Made by a program: the position numbers and the translations under genes. A stretch of DNA of 63,558 bases. Source: Squalus acanthias (taxonomy: Eukaryota). Below the pieces are notes generated by a model, which was given only the letters and a program-made list of their open reading frames with translations, was not told where the DNA came from and did no database searches. Below are positions 15,001 through 27,505 of the stretch, piece by piece; the first letter of the stretch is position 1, and every line of letters starts with the position of its first letter. The DNA lies in NCBI GenBank assembly GCA_030390025.1, contig JASTWF010000337.1, positions 124,001 to 187,558 of the forward strand, read 5' to 3'.

Positions 15001-18000
15001 ACTGTGAGTGTGTGTGAGTGAGAGACAGACTGTGATTGTGTGTGAGAGAGAGACAGACTGTGAGCATGTGAGAGAGAGACAGTCTGTGAGTGTGTGAGAG
15101 AGACAGACTGAGTGCGTGTGAGAGAGAGACAGACTGAGTGTGTGTGAGAGAGAGAGACAGACTGAGTGTGTGTGAGAGAGAGACAGACTGTGAGTGTGTG
15201 AGAGAGACAGACTGAGTATGTGAGTGTGTGAGTGAGACAGACTGAGTGTGTGTGAGAGAGAGGCAGACTGAGTGTGTAAGTGAGAGAGACAGATGTGAGT
15301 GTGTGAGAGAGAGCTAGAGTGTGAGTGTGAGAGAGAGAGACAGACTGTGAGTGCGTGTGTGAGAGAGACAGTCTGAGTGTGTGAGAGAGGCAGACAGACT
15401 GTGAGTGTGTGTGAGAAAGACAGACTGTGAGTGTGTAAGAGAGAGAGACAAACTGTGAGTGTGTATGAGATAGTGACAGAATGAGTGTGTGTGTGTGAGA
15501 GAGATAGTCTGAGTTTGTGTGAGAGAGACAGACTGCGATTATGTGAGTGAGACAGATTGAGTGTGTGTGAGAGAGAGACAGACTGCGAGTATGAGAGAGA
15601 GAGACAGACTGTGAGTGTGTGATGGAGACACAGATTGTGATTGTGAGATAGAGACAGACTGAGTGTGTGAGAGAGAGAGACAGAATTTGAGTGTGTGTGA
15701 GAGATAGACAGACTGAGTGTGTAAGAGAGAGAGACAGACTGAGTGTGTGTGAGAGAGACAGACTGAGTGAGTGTGTGTGAGAGATAGACTGAGTGTGAGT
15801 GTGTGTGAGAGAGAGACAGACTGTGAGTGTGAGTAAGAGACAGACTGTGAGTGTGTGTGAGTGAGAGACAGACTGTGATTGTGTGTGAGAGAGAGACAGA
15901 CTGTGAGCATGTGAGAGAGAGACAGTCTGTGAGTGTGTGAGAGAGACAGACTGAGTGCGTGTGAGAGAGAGACAGACTGAGTGTGTGTGAGAGAGAGAGA
16001 CAGACTGAGTGTGTGCGAGAGAGAGACAGACTGAGTGTGTGTGAGAGAGAGAGACAGACTGTGAGTGTGTGTGATAGAGAGACAGACTGAGTGTGTGAGA
16101 GAGAGAGACAGACTGTGATTGTGTGAGAGAGAGAGACAGACTGTGAGTGTGTGTGAGAGAGAGACAGACTGAGTATGTGTGAGAAAGAGACAGACTGTGA
16201 GTGTGTGAGAGAGACAGACTGTGAGTGTGTGAGAGAGGGAGAGACAGAGTGTGAGTGTGAGTGAGAGAGACAGACTGTGAGTGTGAGGGAGAGTCAGAAT
16301 GTGAGTGTGTGAAAGAGACAGACTTTGAGTTTGTGAGTGAGAGAGACAGAGTGTGAGTGTGAGAGAGAGAGAGACAGACTGTGAGTGTGTGTGAGAGGCA
16401 GACTGTGAGTGTGTGAGAGAGAGACAGACTGTGAGTGTGAGTAAGAGACAGACTGTGAGTGTGTGAGAGAGAGACAGACTGTGAGTGTGAGTAAGAGACA
16501 GACTGAGTGTGTGTGAGAGAGAGAGACAGACTGTGAGTGTGTGAGAGAGAGACTGTGAGTGTGTGTGAGAGAGACAGACTGTGAGTGTGTTTGTGAGAGA
16601 AAGACTGTGAGTGTGTGAGAGAGAGAGACAGACTGTGAGTGTGTGAGAGAGAGACTGTGAGTGTGTGTGAGAGAGACAGACTGTGAGTGTGTTTGTGAGA
16701 GAAAGACTGTGAGTGTGTGGGAGAGAAAGACAGACTGTGATTGTGTGACAGAGACAGACTGTGAGTGTGTGAGAGAGAGAGACAGACTGAGTGTGTGTGA
16801 GAGAGACAGACTGTGAGTGTGAGTAAGAGACAGACTGTGAGTGTGTGAGAGAGAGACAGACTGTGAGTGTGAGTAAGAGACAGACTGTGAGTGTGTGAGA
16901 GAGAGACAGACTGTGAGTGTGAGTAAGAGACAGACTGAGTGTGTGTGAGAGAGAGACAGACTGAGTGTGTGTGAGAGAGAGAGACTGAGTGTGTGTGAGA
17001 GAGAGACACACTGAGTTTGTGTGAGAGAGAGAGACAGACTGTGAGTGTGTGTGAGAGAGAGAGACAGACTGTGAGTGTGTGAGAGAGAGAGACAGACTGT
17101 GAGTGTGTGTGATAGAGAGACAGACTGTGTGTGTGAGAGAGGCAGACTGTGAGTGTGTGAGAGAGAGACAGACTGTGAGTGTGTGTGATAGAGAGAGACA
17201 GACTGAGTGTGTGAGAGAGAGAGACTGAGTGTGTGAGAGAGAGACAGACTGTGAGTTTGTGAGAGAGAGACAGACTGTGAGTGTGTGAGAGAGACAGACT
17301 GTGAGTGTGTGTGATAGAGAGAGACAGATGAGTCTGTGAGAGAGAGACTGAGTGTGTGAGAGAGAGACAGACTGAGTGTGTGTGACAGAGAGACAGATTG
17401 TGAGTGTGTGTGAGAGAGACAGACTGTGAGTGTGTGTGAGAGAGGGATAGACTGTGAGTGTGAGAGAGAGACAGACTGTGAGTGTGTGAGAGAGACAGAC
17501 TGTGAGTGTGAGAGAGACAGACTGTGAGTGTGTGAGAGAGACAGACAGACTGTGAGTGTGTGAGAGAGAGAGATAGACTGTGAGTGTGTGTGACAGAGAC
17601 AGAGACTGTGAGTGTGAGAGAGACAGACTGTGAGTGTGTGAGAGAGAGAGATAGACTGTGAGTGTGTGTGACAGAGACAGAGACTGTGAGTGTGAGAGAG
17701 ACAGACTGTGATTGTGTGTGAGAGAGACAGACTCTGAGTGTGAGAGAGAGACAGACTGTGAGTGTGAGAGAGAGAGACAGCCTGTGAGTGTGTGAGTGAG
17801 AGAGACAGAGTGTGAGTGTGAGAGAGAGAGAGACAGACTGTGAGTGTGTGTGAGAGGCAGACAGATTGTGAGTGTGTGAGAGAGACAGACTTTGAGTGAG
17901 TGTGTGAGAGAGACAGACTGTGAGTGTGTGTGAGAGAGAGACAGACTGTGAGTGTGTGAGAGAGACAGACTGAGTATGTGAGTGTGTGAGTGAGACAGAC

Positions 18001-21000
18001 TGAGTGTGTGTGAGAGAGAGGCAGACTGAGTGTGTAAGTGAGAGAGACAGATGTGAGTGTGTGAGAGAGAGCTAGAGTGTGAGTGTGAGAGAGAGAGACA
18101 GACTGTGAGTGCGTGTGTGAGAGAGACAGTCTGAGTGTGTGAGAGAGGCAGACAGACTGTGAGTGTGTGTGAGAAAGACAGACTGTGAGTGTGTAAGAGA
18201 GAGAGACAAACTGTGAGTGTGTATGACATAGTGACAGAATGAGTGTGTGTGTGTGAGAGAGATAGTCTGAGTTTGTGTGAGAGAGACAGACTGCGATTAT
18301 GTGAGTGAGACAGATTGAGTGTGTGTGAGAGAGAGACAGACTGCGAGTATGAGAGAGAGAGACAGACTGTGAGTGTGTGATGGAGACACAGATTGTGATT
18401 GTGAGATAGAGACAGACTGAGTGTGTGAGAGAGAGAGACAGAATTTGAGTGTGTGTGAGAGATAGACAGACTGAGTGTGTAAGAGAGAGAGACTACTGAG
18501 TGTGTGTGAGAGAGACAGACTGAGTGAGTGTGTGTGAGAGATAGACTGAGTGTGAGTGTGTGTGAGAGAGAGACAGACTGTGAGTGTGAATAAGAGACAG
18601 ACTGTGAGTGTGTGTGAGTGAGAGACAGACTGTGATTGTGTGTGAGAGAGAGACAGACTGTGAGCATGTGAGAGAGAGACAGTCTGTGAGTGTGTGAGAG
18701 AGACAGACTGAGTGCGTGTGAGAGAGAGACAGACTGAGTGTGTGTGAGAGAGAGAGACAGACTGAGTGTGTGAGAGAGAGAGACAGACTGAGTGTGTGTG
18801 TGAGAGAGAGAGACAGACTGTGAGTGTTTGTGATAGAGAGACAGACTGAGTGTGTGAGAGAGAGAGACAGACTGTGAGTGTGTGTGAGAGAGAGACAGAC
18901 TGTGAGTGTGTGAGAGAGTGAGGCAGACTGTGAGTGTGTGAGAGAGACAGACTGTGAGTGTGTGAGAGAGACAGACTGTGAGTGTGTGAGAGAGAGAGAC
19001 AGACTGTGATTGTGTGAGAGAGAGAGACAGACTGTGAGTGTGTGTGAGAGAGAGACAGACTGAGTATGTGTGAGAAAGAGACAGACTGTGAGTGTGTGAG
19101 AGAGACAGACTGTGAGTGTGTGAGAGAGAGAGAGAGACAGAGTGTGAGTGTGAGTGAGAGAGACAGACTGTGAGTGTGAGGGAGAGTCAGAATGTGAGTG
19201 TGTGAAAGAGACAGACTTTGAGTTTGTGAGTGAGAGAGACAGAGTGTGAGTGTGTGAGAGAGAGACAGACTGTGAGTGTGTGTGAGAGGCAGACAGATTG
19301 TGAGTGTGTGTGTGAGAGAGACAGACTGTGTGTGTGTGAGAGAGACAGACTGTGAGTGTGTGTGTGAGAGAGACAGACTGTGTGTGTGTGAGCGAGACAG
19401 ACTGTGAGTGAGTGTGAGAGAGACAGACTGAGAGTGTGAGAGAGAGAGAGACAGACTGAGTTTATGTGAGAGAGACAGACTGTGAGCGAGTGTGAGAGAG
19501 ACAGACTGTGTGTGAGAGAGAGAGACAGACTGTGTGTGTGTGAGAGAGACAGACTGTGAGTGTGTGTGAGTGAGAGACAGACTGTGATTGTGTGTGAGAG
19601 AGAGACAGACTGTGAGCATGTGAGAGAGAGACAGTCTGTGAGTGTGTGAGAGAGACAGACTGAGTGCGTGTGAGAGAGAGACAGACTGAGTGTGTGTGAG
19701 AGAGAGAGACAGACTGAGTGTGTGAGAGAGAGAGACAGACTGAGTGTGTGTGTGAGAGAGAGAGACAGACTGTGAGTGTGTGTGATAGAGAGACAGACTG
19801 AGTGTGTGAGAGAGAGAGACAGACTGTGAGTGTGTGTGAGAGAGAGACAGACTGTGAGTGTGTGAGAGAGTGAGGCAGACTGTGAGTGTGTGAGAGAGAC
19901 AGACTGTGAGTGTGTGAGAGAGACAGACTGTGAGTGTGTGAGAGAGAGAGACAGACTGTGATTGTGTGAGAGAGTGAGACAGACTGTGAGTGTGTGTGAG
20001 AGAGAGACAGACTGAGTATGTGTGAGAAAGAGACAGACTGTGAGTGTGTGAGAGAGACAGACTGTGAGTGTGTGAGAGAGAGAGAGAGACAGAGTGTGAG
20101 TGTGAGTGAGAGAGACAGACTGTGAGTGTGAGGGAGAGTCAGAATGTGAGTGTGTGAAAGAGACAGACTTTGAGTTTGTGAGTGAGAGAGACAGAGTGTG
20201 AGTGTGAGAGAGAGAGACAGACTGTGAGTGTGTGTGAGAGGCAGACAGATTGTGAGTGTGTGTGTGAGAGAGACAGACTGTGTGTGTGTGAGAGAGACAG
20301 ACTGTGAGTGTGTGTGTGAGAGAGACAGACTGTGTGTGTGTGAGCGAGACAGACTGTGAGTGAGTGTGAGAGAGACAGACTGAGAGTGTGAGAGAGAGAG
20401 AGACAGACTGAGTTTATGTGAGAGAGACAGACTGTGAGCGAGTGTGAGAGAGACAGACTGTGTGTGAGAGAGAGAGACAGACTGTGTGTGTGTGAGAGAG
20501 ACAGACTGTGAGCATGTGTGTGAGAGAGACAGACTGAGTGTGTGTGAGAGAGACTGTGAGTGTGAGAGAGAAATAGACTGTGAGTGTGTGAGAGAGAGAG
20601 ACAGACTGTGAGTGTGTGTGAGAGACAGACTGTGAGTGTGTGTGTGAGAGAGACAGACTGTGTGTGTGTGAGAAAGAGACAGACTGTGAGTGTGTGAGAG
20701 AGACAGACTGTGAGTGTGTGAGAGAGAGAGAGACAGAGTGTGAGTGTGAGAGAGACAGACTGTGTGTGTGTGAGAGAGACAGACTGTGAGTGTGTGTGAG
20801 AAAGAGACAGACTGTGAGTGTGTGAGAGAGACAGACTGTGAGTGTGTGAGAGAGAGAGAGACAGAGTGTGAGTGTGAGAGAGACAGACTGAGTATGTGTG
20901 AGAAAGAGACAGACTGTGAGTGTGTGAGAGAGACAGACTGTGAGTGTGTGAGAGAGAGAGAGACAGAGTGTGAGTGTGAGAGAGACAGACTGTGTGTGTG

Positions 21001-22790
21001 TGAGAGAGACAGACTGTGAGTGTGTGTGTGAGAGAGACAGACTGTGTGTGTGTGAGAGAGACAGACTGTGAGTGTGTGTGTGAGAGAGACAGACTGTGTG
21101 TGTGTGAGAGAGACAGACTGTGAGTGTGTGTGAGAGAGACAGACTGAGAGTGTGAGAGAGAGAGAGACAGACTGAGTTTATGTGAGAGAGACAGACTGTG
21201 AGCGAGTGTGAGAGAGAGACAGACTGTGTGTGAGAGAGAGAGACAGACTGTGTGTGTGTGAGAGAGACAGACTGTGAGCATGTGTGTGAGAGAGACAGAC
21301 TGAGTGTGTGTGAGAGAGACTGTGAGTGTGAGAGAGAAATAGACTGTGAGTGTGTGAGAGAGAGACAGACTGTGAGTGAGAGAGAGAAATAGACTGTGAG
21401 TGTGTGAGAGAGAGACAGGCTGTGAGTGTGAGAGAGAGAGAGACAGACTGTGAGTGTGAGAGAGAAATAGACTGTGAGTGTGTGAGAGAGAGACAGGCTG
21501 TGAGTGTGAGAGAGAGAGGTGCTGTGAGTGTGAGACAGACTGTGAGTGTGTGATGGAGACACAGATTGTGATTGTGAGATAGAGACAGACTGAGTGTGTG
21601 AGAGAGAGAGACAGAATTTGAGTGTGTGTGAGAGATAGACAGACTGAGTGTGTAAGAGAGAGAGACAGACTGAGTGTGTAAGAGAGAGAGACAGACTGAG
21701 TGTGTGTGAGAGAGACAGACTGAGTGAGTGTGTGTGAGAGATAGACTGAGTGTGAGTGTGTGTGAGAGAGAGACAGACTGTGAGTGTGAGTAAGAGACAG
21801 ACTGTGAGTGTGTGTGAGTGAGAGACAGACTGTGATTGTGTGTGAGAGAGAGACAGACTGTGAGCATGTGAGAGAGAGACAGTCTGTGAGTGTGTGAGAG
21901 AGACAGACTGAGTGCGTGTGAGAGAGAGACAGACTGAGTGTGTGTGAGAGAGAGAGACAGACTGAGTGTGTGAGAGAGAGAGACAGACTGAGTGTGTGTG
22001 AGAGAGAGAGACAGACTGTGAGTGTGTGTGATAGAGAGACAGACTGAGTGTGTGAGAGAGAGAGACAGACTGTGATTGTGTGAGAGAGAGAGACAGACTG
22101 TGAGTGTGTGTGAGAGAGAGACAGACTGAGTATGTGTGAGAAAGAGACAGACTGTGAGTGTGTGAGAGAGACAGACTGTGAGTGTGTGAGAGAGAGAGAG
22201 ACAGAGTGTGAGTGTGAGTGAGAGAGACAGACTGTGAGTGTGAGGGAGAGTCAGAATGTGAGTGTGTGAAAGAGACAGACTTTGAGTTTGTGAGTGAAAG
22301 AGACAGAGTGTGAGTGTGAGAGAGAGATAGACAGACTGTGAGTGTGTGTGAGAGGCAGACAGATTGTGAGTGTGTGTGTGAGAGAGACAGACTGTGAGTG
22401 TGTGTGAGAGAGACAGACTGAGAGTGTGAGAGAGAGAGAGACAGACTGAGTTTATGTGAGAGAGACAGACTGTGAGCGAGTGTGAGAGAGAGACAGACTG
22501 TGTGTGAGAGAGAGAGACAGACTGTGTGTGTGTGAGAGAGACAGACTGTGAGCATGTGTGTGAGAGAGACAGACTGAGTGTGTGTGAGAGAGACTGTGAG
22601 TGTGAGAGAGAAATAGACTGTGAGTGTGTGAGAGAGAGACAGACTGTGAGTGTGAGAGAGAAATAGACTGTGAGTGTATGGGAGAGAGACAGGCTGTGAG
22701 TGTGAGAGAGAGAGAGACAGACTGTGAGTGTGAGAGAGAAATAGACTGTGAGTGTGTGAGAGAGAGACAGGCTGTGAGTGTGAGAGAGAG
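1..22790. repeat. Compound microsatellite-derived satellite, monomer ~(GA)3-7 CAGACT (GT)0-1 GA (GT)2-5, with higher-order repeats; runs off the left edge
   Basis: Continuous ~22-30 bp monomers such as gagagagacagactgtgagtgtgt; rare variant monomers recur at offsets of 6309, ~1334, ~1033 and ~952 bp. Confidence 0.97.
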
Positions 22791-24600
22791 AGGTGCTGTG
22801 AGTGTGAGAGAGAGAGACAGGCTGTGAGTGTGAGAGAGAGAGGCTGTGAGAGTGACAGAGAGAGGCTGTGAGAGTGAGAGAGAGAGGCTTTGAGAGTGAG
22901 AGAGAGAGGCTGTGTGTGAGAGAGAGGCTGTGAGTGTGAGAGAGGCTGTGAGTGTGAGTGAGAGGCTGTGAGTGTGAGAGAGATGCTGTGAGTGTGAGAG
23001 AGGCTGTGAGTGTGAGAGAGAGGCTGTGAGTGTGAGAGAGGCTGTGAGTGTGAGAGAGAGGCGCTGTGAGTGTGAGAGAGAGAGGCTGTGAGTGTGAGTG
23101 AGAGGCGCTGTGAGTGAGAGAGAGGCTGTGAGTGTGAGAGAGGCTGTGAGTGTGAGAGAGAGGCGCTGTGAGTGTGTGAGAGAGGCTGTGAGTGAGAGAG
23201 AGGCTGTGAGTGTGAGAGAGAGGCTGTGAGTGTGAGAGAGAGGCGCTGTGAGTGTGAGAGAGAGGTGCTGTGAGTGTGAGAGAGAGAGGTGCTGTGAGTG
23301 TGTGAGAGAGGCTGTGAGTGAGAGAGAGAGGCTCTGTGAGTGAGAGAGAGGCTGTGAGTGTGAGAGAGAGGCTGTGAGTGTGAGAGAGGCTGTGAGTGTG
23401 AGAGAGGCTGTGAGTGAGAGAGAGGCACTGTGAGTGTGAGAGAGGCTGTGATTGAGAGAGAGGCTGTGAGTGTGAGAGAGGCTGTGAGTGAGAGAGAGGC
23501 ACTGTGAGTGTGAGAGAGGCTGTGATTGAGAGAGAGGCTGTGAGTGTGAGAGAGGCTGTGAGTGAGAGAGAGGCTGTGAGTGTGAGAGAGGCTGTGAGTG
23601 AGAGAGAGGCTGTGAGTGAAAGAGAGGCTGTGAGTGTGAGAGAGGCTGTGAGTGTGAGAGAGGCTGTGAGTGTGAGAGAGGCTGTGAGTGTGAGAGAGGC
23701 TGTGAGTGTGAGAGAGAGGCTGTGAGTGTGAGAGAGGCTGTGAGTGTGAGAGAGAGGCGCTGTGAGTGTGTGAGAGAGGCTGTGAGTGAGAGAGAGGCTG
23801 TGAGTGTGAGAGAGAGGCTGTGAGTGTGAGAGAGGCTGTGAGTGTGAGTGAGAGAGGCGCTGTGAGTGTGAGAGAGAGGCTGTGAGTGTGAGAGAGAGGC
23901 TGTGAGTGTGAGAGAGGCTGTGAGTGTGAGAGAGGCTGTGAGTGTGAGAGAGGCTGTGAGTGTGAGAGAGAGGCTGTGAGTGTGAGAGAGGCTGTGAGTG
24001 TGAGAGAGAGAGGCGCTGTGAGTGTGAGAGAGAGAGGCTGTGAGTGTGAGAGAGGCTGTGAGTGTGAGTGAGAGGCACTGTGAGTGTGAGAGAGGCTGTG
24101 AGTGTGAGAGAGAGGCGCTGTGAGTGTGAGAGAGGCTGTGAGTGTGAGAGAGGCTGTGAGTGTGAGAGAGAGAGGCGCTGTGAGTGTGAGAGAGAGGCTG
24201 TGAGAGAGAGAGAGAGGCGCTGTGAGAGTGCGAGAGACTGTGTGTGTGATAGTGCAAGAGAGACTGAGTGTGTGTTTGAGAGAGACTGAGTGTGAGAGAC
24301 TTAGTGTGACTGTGTGAGAGACTGAGTGTGTGAAAGGCTGCGTGTGAGTTGCTGAGTGTGTGCGAGAGACTGAGTGTGTGTGAGAGAGACTGTTAGTGTG
24401 AGAGAGACTGTGTGTTTGAGAGAGAGTGTGAGTGAGAAGCTGTGAGTGTGTGGGAGACTGAGTGTGTGTTTGTCTGAGTGTGTGAGAGACTGAGTGTGTG
24501 AGAGAGAATGAGTGTGTGTTTGTCTGAGTGTGTGTCAGACTGAGTGTGTGAGAGAGAATGAGTGTGTGTTTGTCTGAGTGTGTGTCAGACTGAGTGTGTG
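22791..24600. repeat. Variant domain of the same satellite ((GA)n GGCTGT GAGTGT) and its degenerate right edge
   Basis: Core changes from CAGACTGT to GGCTGT/GGCGCTGT over ~22790-24240; decayed monomers follow, including an exact 50-bp tandem duplication at 24491-24590. Confidence 0.93.
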
Positions 24601-25238
24601 TCTCTTATACTTATTTAGTACTTTATTCTCACACTTTCTTTCTGCTTGTTCTCCCTCACTCTCTGCTTTTCTGCTGCACTTTATGTGAATCCCTCCCTCT
24701 CTTCACCTCTCCATCCCATTCTTTCTGTCTGTTATTCCTCTCTCTATCTTTCACTATTCTCTCCAGCTGTCACTCCCACACTCTCTCTTGCAGTTCCCCC
24801 GCTCTCCCACTCTCTGCCACTGGTCCTTCTCACTATCCCAGTTTCTGAGTGACCTAGCTGGTATTAAGTGTGTTCTACATCGCATTCCTTTTTATAATTT
24901 AATCTCCTGGATATAAAAAGGACTCGCTGAGCAGGATTATGTTGGGATTATTTTACAGGCATAAGGCCACTTGTAAATGTGAATCTGTCTCCCTTGCCTC
25001 AGTATAACTGCGATGGAAAGTATGAAAACAGCCACCACTGAATCTATAAAATCAACTCCCACTCAATCCAGGAAGCCAGCGTCCACAGTTGCACTCATGA
25101 TTCTCTCCTGGAGAGTATTGAAGCCGACTTTTCAGCTCAAGTTCATGTTATTCCAATTTGTCCTCTTACCTCCCTTTCTTTTCCAAAGCAAGGGCCTGTG
25201 TTGGACTCAACTCTGCTGCTGAACTGTGTTGTTGGTTC

Positions 25239-25784
25239 TGTGGTGCCCAGAATTGGACACAATACTCCAGTTGGGGCCGAACCAGTGTTTTATAGAGGTT
25301 CATCATAATTTCCACACTTTTGTACTCCATGCCTCTATTTATGAAGCCCAGGATCCCATAAGCTTTTTTAACCACTTTCTCAACCTGCCCTGCCACCTTC
25401 AGCGATTTGTGCACATATACCCCCAGGTCTCTCTCTTCATGCACCCCCTTTAGAATTGTATCCTTTAGTTTATATTGCCTCTCCTCCTCCTTCCTACTAA
25501 AATGTATCACTTTGTGGCGGATCGCCACCTAAAACGGGCATAATCCGCTCTTCCGTCTGTGGACAAATTTCCAGCCCCTTCCCTTTAAGGCAGAAGGGGG
25601 CGGGGCCTCAGGTTTTACCCAGAGAATTCTGGGAGTTTACCCAGAGAATTCTGGGAGCAGCTTTCTCAGACATTTTGTTTTGCCATGCAGTGAATAAAAG
25701 CTTCTTGTTTTCCACATATGGATTCAGCCTCCATTCGTGTTTCGCGGCAGCCTCAACAACTTCACACTTTTCTGCATTAAATTT
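25239..25784 (-). mobile_element. CR1-clade LINE ORF2 fragment, interrupted by a solo LTR
   Basis: Removing 25513-25762 gives KFNAEKCEVIHFSRKEEERQYKL...ERDLGVYVHKSLKV...LYKTLVRPQLEYCVQFWAP, the typical CR1 region downstream of the RT domain. Confidence 0.93.
25513..25758 (+). mobile_element. Solo LTR (246 bp) of an LTR retrotransposon or endogenous retrovirus
   Basis: TGT...ACA termini; ACTT duplicated at 25509-25512 and 25759-25762; GC box (gggggcggggc, ~25596-25606); 22-bp tandem repeat 25614-25657; AATAAA at 25693-25698; excision restores the CR1 reading frame. Confidence 0.85.
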
Positions 25785-27085
25785 GTCTCTTTGTGTCTCT
25801 CTTTTTGTCCCTCCATCTTGTCTCTCTTTCTCTCCCTCTTGTCTTTGTCTCTCCCCCTCTCTTTTTCTGTTATCTCTCTCTGTCTTTCTCTCTCTGTCTT
25901 TCTCTCTCTGTCTTTCTCTCCCTGTCTTTCTCTCTGTCTCTCTGTTATCTCTCCGTCTTTCTCTCTCTGTCTCTCTCTCCGTCTGTCTCTCTCTCCCTGT
26001 CTTTCTCTCTCTCTCTCTGTCTCTCTCTCCCTGTCTTTCTCTCTCTCTCTCTGTCTCTCTCTCTCTCTGTCTCTCTCTCTCTGTCTCTCTCTCCCTGTCT
26101 TTCTCTCTGTCTCTCTCTCGCTGTCTTTCTCTCTGTCTCTCTCTCGCTGTCTTTCTCTCTGTCTCTCTGTTATCTCTCCGTCTTTCTCTCTCTGTCTCTC
26201 TCTCCGTCTGTCTCTCTCTCCCTGTCTTTCTCTCTGTCTCTCTCTCGCTGTCTTTCTCTCTGTCTTTCTCTCCCTGTCTTTCTCTCTGTCTCTCTGTTAT
26301 CTCTCCGTCTTTCTCTCTCTGTCTCTCTCTCCGTCTGTCTCTCTCTCCCTGTCTCTCTGTCTCTCTCTCTCTGTCTCTCTCTCTCTGTCTCTCTCTCTTT
26401 CTCTCTGTCTCTCTCTCTCTGTCTCTCTCTCTCTGTCTCTCTCTCGCTGTCTTTCTCTCTGTCTCTCTCTCTGTCTCTCTCTCCCTGTCTTTCTCTCTGT
26501 CTCTCTCTCTCTGTCTCTTTCTCCCTGTCTTTCTCTCTGTCTCTCTCTCTCTGTCTCTCTCTCTCTGTCTCTCTCTCTCTGTCTCTCTCTCTCTGTCTCT
26601 CTCTCCCTGTCTTTCTCTCGCTGTCTTTCTCTCTGTCTCTCTCTCCCTGTCTTTCTCTCTGTCTCTCTCTCTCTGTCTCTCTCTCTGTCTCTCTCTCCCT
26701 GTCTCTCTCTCTCTGTCTCTCTCTCCCTGTCTTTCTCTCTGTCTCTCTCTCCCTGTCTTTCTCTCTGTCTCTCTCTCCCTGTCTTTCTCTCTGTCTCTCT
26801 CTCCCTGTCTCTCTCTCTTTGTCTCTCTCCCTGTCTCTCTCTCTCTGTCTCTCTCTCCCTGTCTCTCTCTCTTTGTCTCTCTCCTGTCTTTCTCTCTGTC
26901 TCTCTCTCCCTGTCTTTCTCTCTGTCTCTCTCTCTGTCTCTCTCTCCCTGTCTCTCTCTCTGTCTCTCTCTCCCTGTCTTTCTCTCTGTCTCTCTCTCTG
27001 TCTCTCTCTCCCTGTCTTTCTCGCTGTCTCTCTCTCCCTGTCTTTCTCTCTATGTCTCCTCCTCTGTCTTCCCTCATTTCTCTCT
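25785..27085. repeat. Compound (CT)n/CTGT/CTTT pyrimidine-rich microsatellite array
   Basis: 1.3 kb of ctctctgtctctctctccctgtcttt variants, almost no A on the + strand. Confidence 0.96.
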
Positions 27086-27093
27086 CACTGTTC

Positions 27094-27505
27094 TGTGCAC
27101 AGTTCTGGTCTCCTTATCTAAGGAAGGATATACTTGCCTTGGAGGCGGTGCAACGAAGATTCACTAGATTGATTCCTGGGATGAGAGGGTTGTCCCATGA
27201 TGAGAGATTGCATAGAATGGGCCTATACTCTCTGGAGTTTAGAAGAATGAGAGGTGATCTCATTGAAACATATAAGATATATATATATATATATATATAT
27301 AAACATATAACACAGTCCAACAACACATCAAGTATATTCAAGGCTGAGATAGATAGATTTTTGGACTCTAGGGGAATCAAGGGATATGGAGATCGGGCGG
27401 GAAAGTGGAGTTGAGGTGGATGATCAGCCATGATCTTATTGAATGGTGGAGCAGGCTCGAGGGGCTGTATGGCCGACTCCTGCTCCTAATTCTTATGTTC
27501 TTATG
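27094..27505 (+). mobile_element. CR1-clade LINE 3' fragment with an internal deletion replaced by (AT)12 plus filler
   Basis: CAQFWSPYLRKDILALEAVQRRFTRLIPGM...RGDLIETYKI, (AT)n at 27277-27300, then IFKAEIDRFLDSRGIKGYG; 3' UTR ends ctcctgctcctaattcttatgttcttatg, the same tail as the copies at 48522 and 55764. Confidence 0.93.

Noticed and set aside
1081..24257. Giant minus-strand ORFs (up to 1970 aa, S/H/T/L-rich)
   Set aside because: Open in all three frames because the satellite strand rarely forms stop codons; no domain content.
25608..27414. ER-rich and SL-rich ORFs, one ending in CR1 sequence
   Set aside because: Read-through of the CT microsatellite into LINE or LTR sequence.
25239..27505. 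Twin-priming 5' inversion of a single CR1 (both fragments meet at CxQFW)
   Set aside because: The overlapping 20 bp match at only about 14 positions and the peptides look like different subfamilies (QFWAP vs QFWSP); two insertions is simpler.
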